A stretch of DNA of 37,195 nucleotides, from NCBI GenBank assembly GCA_045602485.1, contig JAZSBQ010000033.1, positions 1-37,195 on the forward strand. The letters are read 5' to 3'. Position 1 is the stretch's first letter, and the number at the start of each line of letters is the position of its first letter. The DNA comes from Clostridia bacterium (GTDB lineage: Bacteria > Bacillota > Clostridia > Monoglobales > Monoglobaceae). Positions 1-9,375 of the stretch are shown in pieces. Below the pieces are notes generated by a model that was given only the letters and a program-made list of their open reading frames with translations, had not been told where the DNA came from and ran no database searches. The position numbers and the translations under genes are program-made.

Positions 1-31
1 TGTAACACATCTATTGTAAACCTACAATGTT

Positions 32-244
32 TTGCCGTATTGGTTTGTCACAGCCGTATTTACGGAATTGATAAGATGTGTTATACTTATAATTTATATC
101 TCATATGGATTTTACAAGGATATATCAGGCTTGGTATTCTATTACATATGCAAGGTTATAACAGGGGTACTGTTTTATAAAGTTTGTGACGAATTGGTAT
201 ATCACAAAAAGCCGTCTAACGATATTCAACTTGCTAAATCATAA
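32..244 (+). CDS. Possible small hydrophobic protein or 3' remnant of a membrane-protein gene (TTG start only)
   Basis: The 70-codon ORF has two hydrophobic stretches. It has no ATG and no visible Shine-Dalgarno, and an in-frame stop at 17-19 blocks upstream extension. A strong intrinsic terminator follows at 279-305, so some plus-strand transcript ends here. Confidence 0.2.
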   Translation: MPYWFVTAVFTELIRCVILIIYISYGFYKDISGLVFYYICKVITGVLFYKVCDELVYHKKPSNDIQLAKS

Positions 245-278
245 AAACTTTGCATATCTATGTGATTTGGATATTTTC

Positions 279-305
279 AAAAAGACATCTTCGGATGTCT
301 TTTTT
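279..305 (+). terminator. Rho-independent terminator
   Basis: aaaaAGACATCttcgGATGTCTttttt: a perfect 7-bp GC-containing stem, a 4-nt loop and a T-run. Confidence 0.7.
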
Positions 306-369
306 AGTTATTGTAAAATTTAGATAAAACTAAAATATCCTAATAGTATAATTTTTTGAATATTTTCTT

Positions 370-398
370 TTGACTTTTATATTTATTTGTGATACAAT
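370..398 (+). promoter_or_regulatory. Sigma-A type promoter for the antiporter gene
   Basis: TTGACT (370-375), a 17-nt spacer, then TACAAT (393-398), about 60 nt upstream of the ATG at 460. Confidence 0.5.
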
Positions 399-459
399 AG
401 CCTGCGGAGTGTAAAAGAGATGCTCCGTACTTTTATTTAAAGGAAAGAGGCGCAGTATT

Positions 460-1758
460 ATGAACGGCATTATATCGGTTGCAATAGCCCTGCTTGCAGG
501 TTTGCTTATGACAAGGTTATTTAAGATTTTCAAACTTCCGTCGGTTACGGCATATCTTATTGCGGGTGTATTGATTGGACCGTACTGTCTTGGCAGACTC
601 GGAATCGAAGGTTTCGGCTTTGCAACAGCGGAAGATGTAGAGGGACTCTCTGTTATATCCGAGGTTGCACTTGGATTTATTGCTTTTTCTATTGGTAGTG
701 AGTTTAAACTTGACGATTTGAAAAAGACAGGTAAGCAGGCGTTGATTATTGGTATATTTCAGGCGCTTACGGCAACAGTTTTAGTTGATCTGGCTCTTTA
801 TGGCCTGCATCTTTTGATGCCTGATAAAATCTCTGTGCCGCAACTTATTACCCTTGGCGCAATCGCAACGGCAACGGCGCCTGCGGCAACATTAATGGTT
901 GTGCGTCAGTACAAGGCAAAAGGACCTCTTACAAAACTTTTGTTGCCCATTGTTGCTCTTGACGACGCCGTAGGTCTGATTGTTTTTGCGGTATCATTTG
1001 GTATTGCAAAAACCCTTGTGACAGGCAGTGCAGATATGGTGGCAATAATGATAAATCCCCTGCTTGAAATCGTGTGCTCATTAGGTCTTGGCGCAATACA
1101 CGGATGGATACTTACTCAACTTGAAAAGTTATATAACTCAAACACCAATCGTTTGAATCTGACAATAGCAGTTGTATTGGTTGCGGTTGCTCTAAGTTCT
1201 TTGCATTTTGAAATAGGTCCTGTACATATCGGATTTTCATCACTTCTTACATGTATGATGCTTGGTACGGTTTTCTGTAATATCTGTCCTCTCGCGGACA
1301 ATCTGATGGAAGCTGCCGAGAAGTGGACTTCACCTCTTTATGCAGTATTCTTTGTTGTCAGCGGTGCTGAGCTGGAACTCGGTGCTTTCTCCGATGGGGC
1401 AGTAGCCCTTCTGGGTGTGGTTTATATAGTATTCCGTTCACTTGGTAAATATTTTGGTACATATGTAAGCGCAAAGGCAACAAAATGTACACCAAACACA
1501 TGCAAATACCTTGGTATTACACTCCTGCCTCAGGCGGGTGTTGCCCTTGGTATGTGTGCGACTGCAATGCAACTTGGTGTCGAGGGTGGATTGATCAGAA
1601 ACATTACACTTTTTGCGGTGCTTATATATGAGATAGTCGGCCCGCTCTTTACAAAGATGGCGCTGACCGCGGCAGGAGATATAACACCAATGCCCGACCA
1701 TGTAAAAAACCGTCGTGCAATTTTGCTCGGTCACGCAAAAAACAAAGAAGAACAATAA
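460..1758 (+). CDS. Cation:proton antiporter (CPA2 / Na+/H+ exchanger family membrane protein)
   Basis: 432 aa and polytopic. The N-terminus (ALLAGLLMTRLFKIFKLPSVTAYLIAGVLIGPYCLG) is typical of Kef/NapA-like exchangers. RBS GGAAAGAGG precedes the ATG. Confidence 0.85.
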   Translation: MNGIISVAIALLAGLLMTRLFKIFKLPSVTAYLIAGVLIGPYCLGRLGIEGFGFATAEDVEGLSVISEVALGFIAFSIGSEFKLDDLKKTGKQALIIGIFQALTATVLVDLALYGLHLLMPDKISVPQLITLGAIATATAPAATLMVVRQYKAKGPLTKLLLPIVALDDAVGLIVFAVSFGIAKTLVTGSADMVAIMINPLLEIVCSLGLGAIHGWILTQLEKLYNSNTNRLNLTIAVVLVAVALSSLHFEIGPVHIGFSSLLTCMMLGTVFCNICPLADNLMEAAEKWTSPLYAVFFVVSGAELELGAFSDGAVALLGVVYIVFRSLGKYFGTYVSAKATKCTPNTCKYLGITLLPQAGVALGMCATAMQLGVEGGLIRNITLFAVLIYEIVGPLFTKMALTAAGDITPMPDHVKNRRAILLGHAKNKEEQ

Positions 1759-1760
1759 TA

Positions 1761-1784
1761 AAAAGCACCCCTCGGGGTGCTTTT
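1761..1784 (+). terminator. Rho-independent terminator after the antiporter gene
   Basis: aaaaGCACCCctcgGGGTGCtttt directly after the stop codon. Confidence 0.7.
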
Positions 1785-1822
1785 GTAGTTTGGAGGGAGA
1801 CAAAAATTTGTTATGACAAGTG

Positions 1823-1851
1823 TTGACAATTTATGCTAAGAGTGATATAAT
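1823..1851 (+). promoter_or_regulatory. Consensus sigma-A promoter of the xpt/nucleoside-transport block
   Basis: TTGACA (1823-1828), exactly 17 nt, then TATAAT (1846-1851). Confidence 0.65.
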
Positions 1852-1978
1852 CACATCATAAAATATTTTGTCGATTTTGTTCCAAATAAGTAATTGCGAT
1901 AAACGCAGTTTTGGTTTTTGCAAAATCTGTTATATTGTGATTTAAGTCATTTTAGATTAAGAGGGAATGATTTTGACA

Positions 1979-2005
1979 AGCGTACTTTATAAGTATGCTT
2001 TTTTT
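1979..2005 (+). promoter_or_regulatory. Leader attenuator (intrinsic terminator hairpin immediately upstream of the xpt RBS)
   Basis: AGCGTACTT-tat-AAGTATGCT forms 9 bp including one G-U, followed by TTTTTT at 2000-2005. RBS GGAAAGGA and the ATG at 2025 follow. Confidence 0.5.
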
Positions 2006-2024
2006 CATTTGGAAAGGATTACAT

Positions 2025-2603
2025 ATGAAGGCACTCGAAGATAAGATAATTAAAGACGGCAAGGTTTTATCAAAGGATGTGCTCAAGGTTGGCGCATTTT
2101 TAAATCAGCAACTTGACCCGCAGCTTATGGCTCAGATGGGCGCAGAAATACACAGGTTATATTCAGATTGCGGAATAACCAAGATTTTTACTATTGAGGC
2201 ATCAGGCATTGCTCTTGCTCTTGCGGCAGCATATCATTTTAATGTACCTGCAGTTTTTGCAAAGAAGGGTAAGTCAAGCAACGTTGAGGGTAATTTGATT
2301 ACCACATCGGTAGAATCTTTTACCCGTGGGACAACCTATGAAGTAAGCGTCAGCAACGAATATATAAACGAGAGTGACACAGTTTTGATTGTTGACGATT
2401 TTCTTGCATCGGGAAACGCCCTGATTGGACTTATAGATATTGCGGACAAGGCGGGGGCTAAGGTTGCCGGTGCGGCGATTGCAATAGAAAAGGGGTTTCA
2501 GGATGGAGGCAATCGGTTAAGAAACAGCGGCGTGCGTGTAGAGTCCCTTGCCATTATTGATGAAATGTCAGAGGACGGCATTATCTTCAGAAAACAGGGA
2601 TAA
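2025..2603 (+). CDS. xpt: Xanthine phosphoribosyltransferase
   Basis: MKALEDKIIKDGKVL..VGAFLNQQLDP is the classic Xpt N-terminus. The PRPP-binding loop VLIVDDFLASGNA is present. The start is moved from the track's 1995 to the RBS-backed ATG at 2025, because 1995-2024 overlaps the terminator hairpin. Confidence 0.9.
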   Translation: MKALEDKIIKDGKVLSKDVLKVGAFLNQQLDPQLMAQMGAEIHRLYSDCGITKIFTIEASGIALALAAAYHFNVPAVFAKKGKSSNVEGNLITTSVESFTRGTTYEVSVSNEYINESDTVLIVDDFLASGNALIGLIDIADKAGAKVAGAAIAIEKGFQDGGNRLRNSGVRVESLAIIDEMSEDGIIFRKQG

Positions 2604-2703
2604 GGCGGACAAAGGTATAAGTTTTGCGAATTTGCCAATAATTAATTTGATGTAAAAAAAAATTTACATATATTATTTATGCCAAATGGCAGGAGGTATT
2701 TTT

Positions 2704-3912
2704 ATGAAAAGAATAGTTTCATTGTTGATGGTAGCCGCTATGATTTTGTCATGCGTTGCTCTTACCGCTTGCGGTGGAGAAAAAGCTACAACACAGCTTA
2801 ATGCAGACGCAGATTTCAAAGTTGGTTTTATCTTCCTTCATGATGAAAACTCAACCTACGACAAGAACTTCCTGGATGCAGCCAATGCAGCAACAAAGGC
2901 TCTTGGCCTCACAGCAGAGCAGGTTTTGATCAAGACTAACATTCCTGAGACAAACGAATGCTACGAAGCATCAGCAAACCTTGTTGATGCAGGTTGCGAT
3001 ATTATTTTCGCAGACAGTTTTGGTCACGAAGACTTCATAATCCAGGCTGCTAAAGAGTTCCCTGAAGTTGTGTTTGCACATGCTACAGGTACAAAGGCTC
3101 ATACAGAGAACCTTCCTAACTACTACAATGCATTTGCTTCAATCTACGAGGGCCGTTTCCTTGTTGGTGTAGCTGCAGGTCTCAAACTCAACGAAATGAT
3201 TGAAAAGGGTGAGATTACAGCAGAAGAAGCTAAGATGGGTTATGTAGGTGCATATCCATACGCAGAGGTTAAGTCCGGTTACACATCATTCTTCCTTGGC
3301 GCACGTTCTGTTTGCCCAAGTGTTACAATGGATGTTAAGTTCACAAACTCATGGTTTGATATCGCTGCAGAAAAAGAAATGGCTAACGCTTTGATCGCAG
3401 ACAAGTGCGTACTCATCAGCCAGCATGCTGACTCTGAGGGTGCTCCTAAGGCTTGTGAAGAAGCAGGCGTTCCTAACGTAGCTTATAACCTTGACACACG
3501 TGAGTGGGGTCCAAACACAGCCCTCATTTCTTCAAAGATCAACTGGCAGCCATACTTTGAACACCTCATCACATCTGTACAGAAGGGCGAGGCTGTAACT
3601 CAGGACTTCTGTGGCGGACTTGAAGAAGGCGTTGTTCAGACTCTCGGCCTCAACGATAAGGTTGCAGCAGAGGGTACAGAAGCTAAACTTGAAGAAGTAA
3701 AGGCTAAACTCATTGCAGGTGAAATCAATGTATTTGATACCGCTACATTTACAGTAAAGGGTGAAGAACTCACAACTTATCTTGCAGATGTAGATTCAGA
3801 CGCTGCATTTACTCCTGATACAGAGGTTGTATCTGATGGATACTTCCACGAGTCAGAGATGCGTTCAGCACCTTACTTTGATATTGACATTGATGGTATC
3901 ACCATTAAATAA
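2704..3912 (+). CDS. BMP-family (PnrA/Med-like) ABC transporter substrate-binding lipoprotein, probably for nucleosides
   Basis: Signal peptide plus lipobox (VALTAC|GG). The length and composition fit basic-membrane-protein family binding proteins. GGAGG lies 7 nt before ATG 2704. The partner genes downstream follow the typical ATPase plus two-permease order. Confidence 0.85.
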   Translation: MKRIVSLLMVAAMILSCVALTACGGEKATTQLNADADFKVGFIFLHDENSTYDKNFLDAANAATKALGLTAEQVLIKTNIPETNECYEASANLVDAGCDIIFADSFGHEDFIIQAAKEFPEVVFAHATGTKAHTENLPNYYNAFASIYEGRFLVGVAAGLKLNEMIEKGEITAEEAKMGYVGAYPYAEVKSGYTSFFLGARSVCPSVTMDVKFTNSWFDIAAEKEMANALIADKCVLISQHADSEGAPKACEEAGVPNVAYNLDTREWGPNTALISSKINWQPYFEHLITSVQKGEAVTQDFCGGLEEGVVQTLGLNDKVAAEGTEAKLEEVKAKLIAGEINVFDTATFTVKGEELTTYLADVDSDAAFTPDTEVVSDGYFHESEMRSAPYFDIDIDGITIK

Positions 3913-3930
3913 GTCAATTTGATAAATTAT

Positions 3931-3970
3931 CCTCATGCGGGGCTATATGCCCTGCATGGGGTATTTTCGT
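3931..3970 (+). terminator. Intra-operon hairpin/partial terminator between the binding-protein and ATPase genes
   Basis: CCTCATGCGGGGC-tatat-GCCCTGCATGGGG forms about 13 bp with G-U pairs, followed by tattttcgtttt. Such hairpins are common after ABC binding-protein genes. Confidence 0.5.
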
Positions 3971-4050
3971 TTTCAAAAACGCATATTTTGCGTGTGCTTT
4001 TTTAAAAACGAAAAGTCAAAGATTATGTATGGCTGACAGGAGGTTGAGAT

Positions 4051-5595
4051 ATGTATTTGGATGCGGCAATCGAATTAAAAAACATAACCAAGTCCTTTGG
4101 TTCTGTTGTGGCTAACAAAGACATTTGTATGAAAGTAAATAAGGGAGAAATTCTTTCAATACTTGGCGAAAACGGAAGCGGAAAGACAACCCTTATGAAT
4201 ATGATATCAGGGATTTATTTTCCTGATGATGGGCAGATTTTTATAAATGGCGAGGAGGTAGTTATACGTTCGCCAAAGGACGCGTTTGCCCACAAAATCG
4301 GTATGATACATCAGCATTTTAAACTTGTTGATGTTTTTTCTGCAGCGGAGAATATTATCCTCGGTCTTGATGGAGAAGAGAAGTATGACTTGAAAACTGC
4401 AAAGCAGAGGGTAAGGGAGATTGCAGACAGATACGGTTTTGCTATCGACCCTGATAAAAGGGTTTATGAGATGTCTGTGTCTGAGAAGCAGACGGTTGAG
4501 ATTATAAGAGTTTTGTACAGAGGTGCAGATATTCTTATACTTGATGAGCCGACAGCAGTACTTACCCCTCAGGAGACAAAGAAACTTTTTGCCGTAATGA
4601 AGAATATGAAAAAGGACGGTAAGGCGATAATAATTATTACTCATAAACTCAACGAGGTTATGGAGATTTCCGACCGCGTTTCTGTTCTCAGAAAGGGTGA
4701 ATATATCGGTACCGTAGAGACATCACAAACATCAGAGACAGAACTTACCGAGATGATGGTCGGCAAAAAGGTTTCTTTAAATATAGAGAGAAGCACGCCA
4801 GAGAATCCGGTTGACCGCTTAAAGGTAGAACATATTAACTGTAAAAGCCGCGAAGGCGTAATGCTTCTGCGTGATGTATCTTTTGCGGCAAAGTCGGGAG
4901 AGATTTTGGGTATTGCGGGTATTGCAGGCAGCGGACAGAGAGAACTTCTTGAAGCAATTGCGGGACTTCAGCACATAGATGATGGATCGATTACTTATAT
5001 TGACCCTAAAACAGGAAAAGAAGAAAATCTCAGAGATAAAACCCCTATGGAAATCCGTGATATGGGTGTAAGATTGTCGTTTGTGCCTGAAGACAGACTC
5101 GGAATGGGTCTTGTCGGCAATATGGATATAGTCGATAATATGATGCTGAGAAGTTATCGAAAAGGTAAGTCGGTATTCTTGGAGAGAAAAGAGCCAAAGA
5201 ACCTTGCAGATGAAATTATCAGCCGTCTTGAGGTTGTTACACCAAATGCCAACACTCCGGTCAGAAAACTCTCAGGCGGTAACGTGCAAAAGGTTTTGGT
5301 CGGCAGGGAGATTGCATCATCGCCGACAGTTCTGATGGCGGCATATCCGGTAAGAGGGCTTGATATTAACTCGTCTTATACAATATACAATCTCTTAAAT
5401 GAGCAGAAGAGCCGTGGTGTTGCGGTAATTCTGGTCGGCGAGGATTTAGACGTTCTTCTTGAACTCTGTGACAGAATTATGGTAATATGCGGAGGAGAAA
5501 TCAACGGCATTGTAGATGCGAGAGAAGCAACAAAGGAAGAAGTAGGTCTTCTTATGACAAAGTCTAAAAAGGAGGTGGCAACTGATGAAGAATAA
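4051..5595 (+). CDS. ABC transporter ATP-binding protein with two fused ABC domains (nucleoside/sugar type)
   Basis: Walker A GENGSGKTT, Walker B ILILDEPT, a second P-loop GIAGSGQRE and the signature LSGGNVQK. RBS GGAGG precedes the start. Confidence 0.9.
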   Translation: MYLDAAIELKNITKSFGSVVANKDICMKVNKGEILSILGENGSGKTTLMNMISGIYFPDDGQIFINGEEVVIRSPKDAFAHKIGMIHQHFKLVDVFSAAENIILGLDGEEKYDLKTAKQRVREIADRYGFAIDPDKRVYEMSVSEKQTVEIIRVLYRGADILILDEPTAVLTPQETKKLFAVMKNMKKDGKAIIIITHKLNEVMEISDRVSVLRKGEYIGTVETSQTSETELTEMMVGKKVSLNIERSTPENPVDRLKVEHINCKSREGVMLLRDVSFAAKSGEILGIAGIAGSGQRELLEAIAGLQHIDDGSITYIDPKTGKEENLRDKTPMEIRDMGVRLSFVPEDRLGMGLVGNMDIVDNMMLRSYRKGKSVFLERKEPKNLADEIISRLEVVTPNANTPVRKLSGGNVQKVLVGREIASSPTVLMAAYPVRGLDINSSYTIYNLLNEQKSRGVAVILVGEDLDVLLELCDRIMVICGGEINGIVDAREATKEEVGLLMTKSKKEVATDEE

Positions 5596-6697
5596 AAAAA
5601 CTCACGTTCGCGAGCCTAAGTTTCAGGTAGTTAAGCGTGGCGAAATCAAATGGCAAAAGGCGTGGCTTTTCCGCGCGGTTGCCATTGTTCTTGCTCTTAT
5701 ATTGTGTGCATTTGTAATAGTCCTTTTGACAGGATACAACCCAATACAGATTTACGTATCTATGTTTGAGGGCACGTTCGGTTCTGCGAGAAAAGTATGG
5801 AATACGGTTCAGCGGCTTGCAATGCTTCTGTGTATATCTCTTGCCGTGACTCCTGCTTTTAAAATGAAGTTCTGGAACATAGGTGCAGAGGGACAGACTA
5901 TGATGGGCGGACTTGCGGCGGCAGCATGTATGATATACCTTGGCAACTCACTTCACGGGGCGGTACTTTATCCGCTTATGCTTGTGCTGTCGATTGCGGC
6001 AGGTCTTATATGGGGCGTTATACCTGCATATTTTAAGGCAAGGTTTAATACCAACGAGACACTCTTTACCCTGATGATGAACTACATAGCGATACAGATT
6101 GTATCGTTTTGCATAGTTTATTGGGAGAATCCAAAAGATTCAAATACAGTTGGCGTAATCAACAGCGCAACTCAGGGTGGATGGCTACCGACAATTTTTG
6201 GACAGAAATATCTTTTGAATATACTTATCGTGGCAATTATAACCATTGTAATGTATATATATCTTCGTTACAGCAAGCACGGATATGAGATTTCTGTTGT
6301 TGGCGAGAGTGAAAACACAGCAAGATATATAGGTATAAATGTAAAAAAGGTAATTCTGAGAACAATGGCACTGTCGGGTGCGCTCTGTGGTATTGCAGGT
6401 CTTTTGATTGTTGCAGGTACCGACCATACCATAAACACAACCATTGTTGGAGGTATGGGATTTACCGCGATTATGGTTTCGTGGCTTGCCAAGTTTAATC
6501 CGATAGTTATGACGCTTACCTCATTTTTGATTGTGTTCTTAGAGCGTGGCGCAGGAGAGATCGCAACTGCTTTTCAACTTAACGAGAGCGTATCGGATAT
6601 TCTGACAGGAATAATTTTGTTCTTTATAATCGGCAGTGAATTTTTTGTTCAGTATAAAATTAACGTTCGTTCAAAGCATAGGGAGGGTGAGGAATAA
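5585..6697 (+). CDS. ABC transporter permease (YufP/NupP-like)
   Basis: 370-aa polytopic protein. Its start overlaps the ATPase stop and is preceded by AGGAGGTG. It sits in a BMP-family operon. Confidence 0.85.
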   Translation: MKNKKTHVREPKFQVVKRGEIKWQKAWLFRAVAIVLALILCAFVIVLLTGYNPIQIYVSMFEGTFGSARKVWNTVQRLAMLLCISLAVTPAFKMKFWNIGAEGQTMMGGLAAAACMIYLGNSLHGAVLYPLMLVLSIAAGLIWGVIPAYFKARFNTNETLFTLMMNYIAIQIVSFCIVYWENPKDSNTVGVINSATQGGWLPTIFGQKYLLNILIVAIITIVMYIYLRYSKHGYEISVVGESENTARYIGINVKKVILRTMALSGALCGIAGLLIVAGTDHTINTTIVGGMGFTAIMVSWLAKFNPIVMTLTSFLIVFLERGAGEIATAFQLNESVSDILTGIILFFIIGSEFFVQYKINVRSKHREGEE

Positions 6698-7671
6698 TGT
6701 TTGCAACTATTATAAGTAAGGCAATTGAACAGGGTATCCCCCTCTTGTTTGGCTCAACGGGCGAAATTATAACCGAGAAGTCAGGCAACCTCAACCTTGG
6801 TATTCCAGGAATTATGTATGTTGGCGGAAGCGCAGGCGTAATGGGTGCTTATCTTTATGAGCAATCCGTTGCGGTGCCCCACCCATTCTGGTGCATACTT
6901 ATCCCATTGCTGAGCGCACTTATCGGTGCAGGTTTTGCGGCGTTTATATACAGTTTTCTGACAATAACCCTTCGTGCAAATCAGAACGTAACAGGCCTTG
7001 CGCTTACAACTTTTGGTGTTGGCTTTGGAGACTTCTTCGGTGGTTCTCTTACAAAGATTTTTGCCGATGGCGGCAATTTGTCAGTAAAGACAACTGCCGA
7101 CTATTTTAAGACGAGTCTGCCCTTTGCAGATGACCTTGGAGCAATTGGAGAGATATTTTTCTCATACGGATTTTTAGCATATCTGGCGGTGGTTATTGCA
7201 CTTCTTGCATCCTGGTTTTTAAAGAAGACCAGAGCGGGGCTGCATCTTCGTGCAGTTGGCGAGAATCCGGCAACTGCTGATGCGGCAGGTATAAATGTAA
7301 CCAAGTATAAGTATATTGCAACCATCGTTGGTGGCGCTATTGCAGGCCTTGGTGGACTTTACTTTATACTTGACTATACAGGCGGCTCATGGACAAATGG
7401 CGGCTTTGGTGACAGAGGCTGGCTTGCCATAGCTCTTGTAATCTTTGCACTGTGGAAACCCAATGTCAGCATACTTGGGTCATTTGTGTTCGGTGGTCTC
7501 TACATTGCATATTCATATATTTCAGGTCTTAGCCGCAGTGCGGTTGCTATATTCAATATGCTGCCCTATGTCGTAACAATGGTGGTGCTTATAATTACAA
7601 GCATCCGCGATAAAAAGCAGAATCAACCACCTGCATCACTTGGACTTGCCTACTTCAGAGAAGAACGATAG
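6697..7671 (+). CDS. ABC transporter permease (YufQ/NupQ-like)
   Basis: 324-aa polytopic protein. Its ATG overlaps the preceding TAA (taATG) and GGGAGGGTGAGG lies upstream. Confidence 0.85.
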   Translation: MFATIISKAIEQGIPLLFGSTGEIITEKSGNLNLGIPGIMYVGGSAGVMGAYLYEQSVAVPHPFWCILIPLLSALIGAGFAAFIYSFLTITLRANQNVTGLALTTFGVGFGDFFGGSLTKIFADGGNLSVKTTADYFKTSLPFADDLGAIGEIFFSYGFLAYLAVVIALLASWFLKKTRAGLHLRAVGENPATADAAGINVTKYKYIATIVGGAIAGLGGLYFILDYTGGSWTNGGFGDRGWLAIALVIFALWKPNVSILGSFVFGGLYIAYSYISGLSRSAVAIFNMLPYVVTMVVLIITSIRDKKQNQPPASLGLAYFREER

Positions 7672-7673
7672 AG

Positions 7674-7707
7674 AAAAAATACTGTTGCATACGCAACAGT
7701 ATTTTTT
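7674..7707. terminator. Bidirectional terminator shared by the ABC operon and the convergent comEC gene
   Basis: aaaaaaTACTGTTGC-atac-GCAACAGTAtttttt: a perfect 9-bp stem with A- and T-runs on either side. Confidence 0.75.
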
Positions 7708-9373
7708 ATTGAGTTGTTTTTTTATCTTCTGTAGGCTTTAACAGAATGTATATAAAAACGCATATTGCAAGGTAGACAACAAAGAAAGACTTTGGTGGTG
7801 ATGGAACACTCATACTAAAGTTGCCCGTTGCAAAAAATTCTGTAACCTTGTTGATAGAAAAGAGGCATGGGTTTATAATAAATTTGCCAATAAAGAATGC
7901 AAGTTCTTTAGAGAAGAGCCCTATAATTGAATTAAGATATCCTCCTATAAAAGCGCATGCGGTAAGCGGCGAAATTATAATATTGCCTATAATTCCTCCG
8001 AACTGGAAGTTTCCATAAAAATATGCAAGAAAGTACGAAATGCCGATAATGGCAGAGACGGACAGTGCCATTGACCGCAGAACGAAATCACGAATGGGAG
8101 AGGGAAGTACCCTTAAAATCCGGATAGATATAGATGTCCGGAGAAAGAAATTTCTCTTTTTAAAAACCGATGCTGTCATACGGCCTTTGAGTAGTGGGTA
8201 GTAAACAAGAATGCCAAGTGTTGCGCTATACGACAAAATTGCGCCGCAATTTTCCAAGTAAAACGGATTGTATATCAAAAGCACAAGTGCCGAAACCGAA
8301 AGGGCGGTTATGCTGTCGTTACTTCGCCTGAAGACTGAGCTCAGCAGAAAGACGGTCATCATTATTACCGAGCGCATAACAGATGGTGTGAATAAAGAAA
8401 CCGAGGAAAATATAATCATAATCGGGATTGCCACAAGACAGATACCGCGTTTGGGAAACCTAAACAGACCGAGCAGAATAGCAATGGCATGAAAGAGATA
8501 AGACGTGTGCATCCCCGATACGGATGCAATATGTATAAAGCCCGAATTGGAGTATTTTGCGTATAACTCGTCAGAGAAATCCTCTGTCTGACCGACTAAT
8601 ATTCCGCCAAGCAGAGCCTTCTGGTCATCTTTGTAGTTGTAAAGACTGCTGCAATTTAAAACATGTTTGCGAATAGACATACCTAAAGTCTTTAACTTAG
8701 CAATAAGCCCTGCTTTGGAAGGAAGAGGAGATATAAATTTTGCTTTATCGGCGTTTCCGCAAAACACAATTTTCTCCTGAAGCAGAAATCTGCTGAAGTC
8801 AAAGCCGCCTTTGTATGCACTGTCGGGCATATATGGTGATTTTATTTTGAAACTCATAGAGTCGCCGACATTTGGCAGGGAGGAAAGTTTACTTTTTGAA
8901 ACGTATAGGCGCACAGTCGGTGGCTTATCAAACTGAAAGGTATCATTGTCTGAAGATACAGAATATGCATCAAGAGTGATGCTATAGCTCATACCGCTGT
9001 TGCTGGTCGTGGGCTCGTCTCTTATAACGCCGCTGACTTCACTGTGAGATAAAATGATATTGCGGTTTTCTATGCAGGAACTATAAAAGAAATATGTTCT
9101 TGAAAAGCCAAGGATAAAAATAAAAATAATGATAAATCCGCCTGAAATAAGAGATAAAACATATCGGTTTTTGAGAAAAATCAAATAAAGCACCGCAGAA
9201 AATATAAGTACGGCACTTACATATACTGTTGTGAAAATAATAAAATATGTGCGGTCTATATCACAAAGACCTTTAAGATTTAATGCGACAAAGGTAGAAA
9301 TCGCATACATCAAAATGCCAATGACAAGATATCTTCTGTCAAAGGCAAGTGAATCATCGTATTGGTTTTTCAT
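7706..9373 (-). CDS. comEC: ComEC/Rec2-family membrane protein, short form without a C-terminal metallo-beta-lactamase domain
   Basis: 555 aa with many TM segments. An N-terminal OB/DUF4131-like soluble insert is followed by the competence-domain motif GFIHIASVSGMHTSYL. The protein ends in TM helices with no HxHxDH region. Confidence 0.75.
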   Translation of the reverse strand: MKNQYDDSLAFDRRYLVIGILMYAISTFVALNLKGLCDIDRTYFIIFTTVYVSAVLIFSAVLYLIFLKNRYVLSLISGGFIIIFIFILGFSRTYFFYSSCIENRNIILSHSEVSGVIRDEPTTSNSGMSYSITLDAYSVSSDNDTFQFDKPPTVRLYVSKSKLSSLPNVGDSMSFKIKSPYMPDSAYKGGFDFSRFLLQEKIVFCGNADKAKFISPLPSKAGLIAKLKTLGMSIRKHVLNCSSLYNYKDDQKALLGGILVGQTEDFSDELYAKYSNSGFIHIASVSGMHTSYLFHAIAILLGLFRFPKRGICLVAIPIMIIFSSVSLFTPSVMRSVIMMTVFLLSSVFRRSNDSITALSVSALVLLIYNPFYLENCGAILSYSATLGILVYYPLLKGRMTASVFKKRNFFLRTSISIRILRVLPSPIRDFVLRSMALSVSAIIGISYFLAYFYGNFQFGGIIGNIIISPLTACAFIGGYLNSIIGLFSKELAFFIGKFIINPCLFSINKVTEFFATGNFSMSVPSPPKSFFVVYLAICVFIYILLKPTEDKKTTQ

Positions 9374-9375
9374 AA

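Noticed and set aside
399-459. A possible Na+/Li+ riboswitch (nhaA-I/DUF1646-type) in front of the antiporter gene.
   Set aside because: The leader is only about 55 nt, with a single simple 6-bp hairpin at the 5' end. That is too small and too featureless, and more likely an mRNA-stabilising 5' stem-loop.
1858-1978. A classical guanine/purine riboswitch aptamer upstream of xpt.
   Set aside because: I looked for the conserved junction and loop strings and the three-way-junction layout and found none. This is reported as an unexplained leader rather than as a purine riboswitch.
1967-2044. A 25-codon leader ORF (MILTSVLYKYAFFHLERITYEGTRR) overlapping the xpt attenuator.
   Set aside because: The GAGGGA sequence is only 1 nt from the ATG, which is too close to function as an SD. 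There is no evidence that it is translated.
2650-2669. The AT-only palindrome ATGTAAA-6-TTTACAT upstream of the BMP lipoprotein gene as an operator.
   Set aside because: It is very AT-rich, short, and set in an A9 tract. It cannot be distinguished from chance in AT-rich intergenic DNA.
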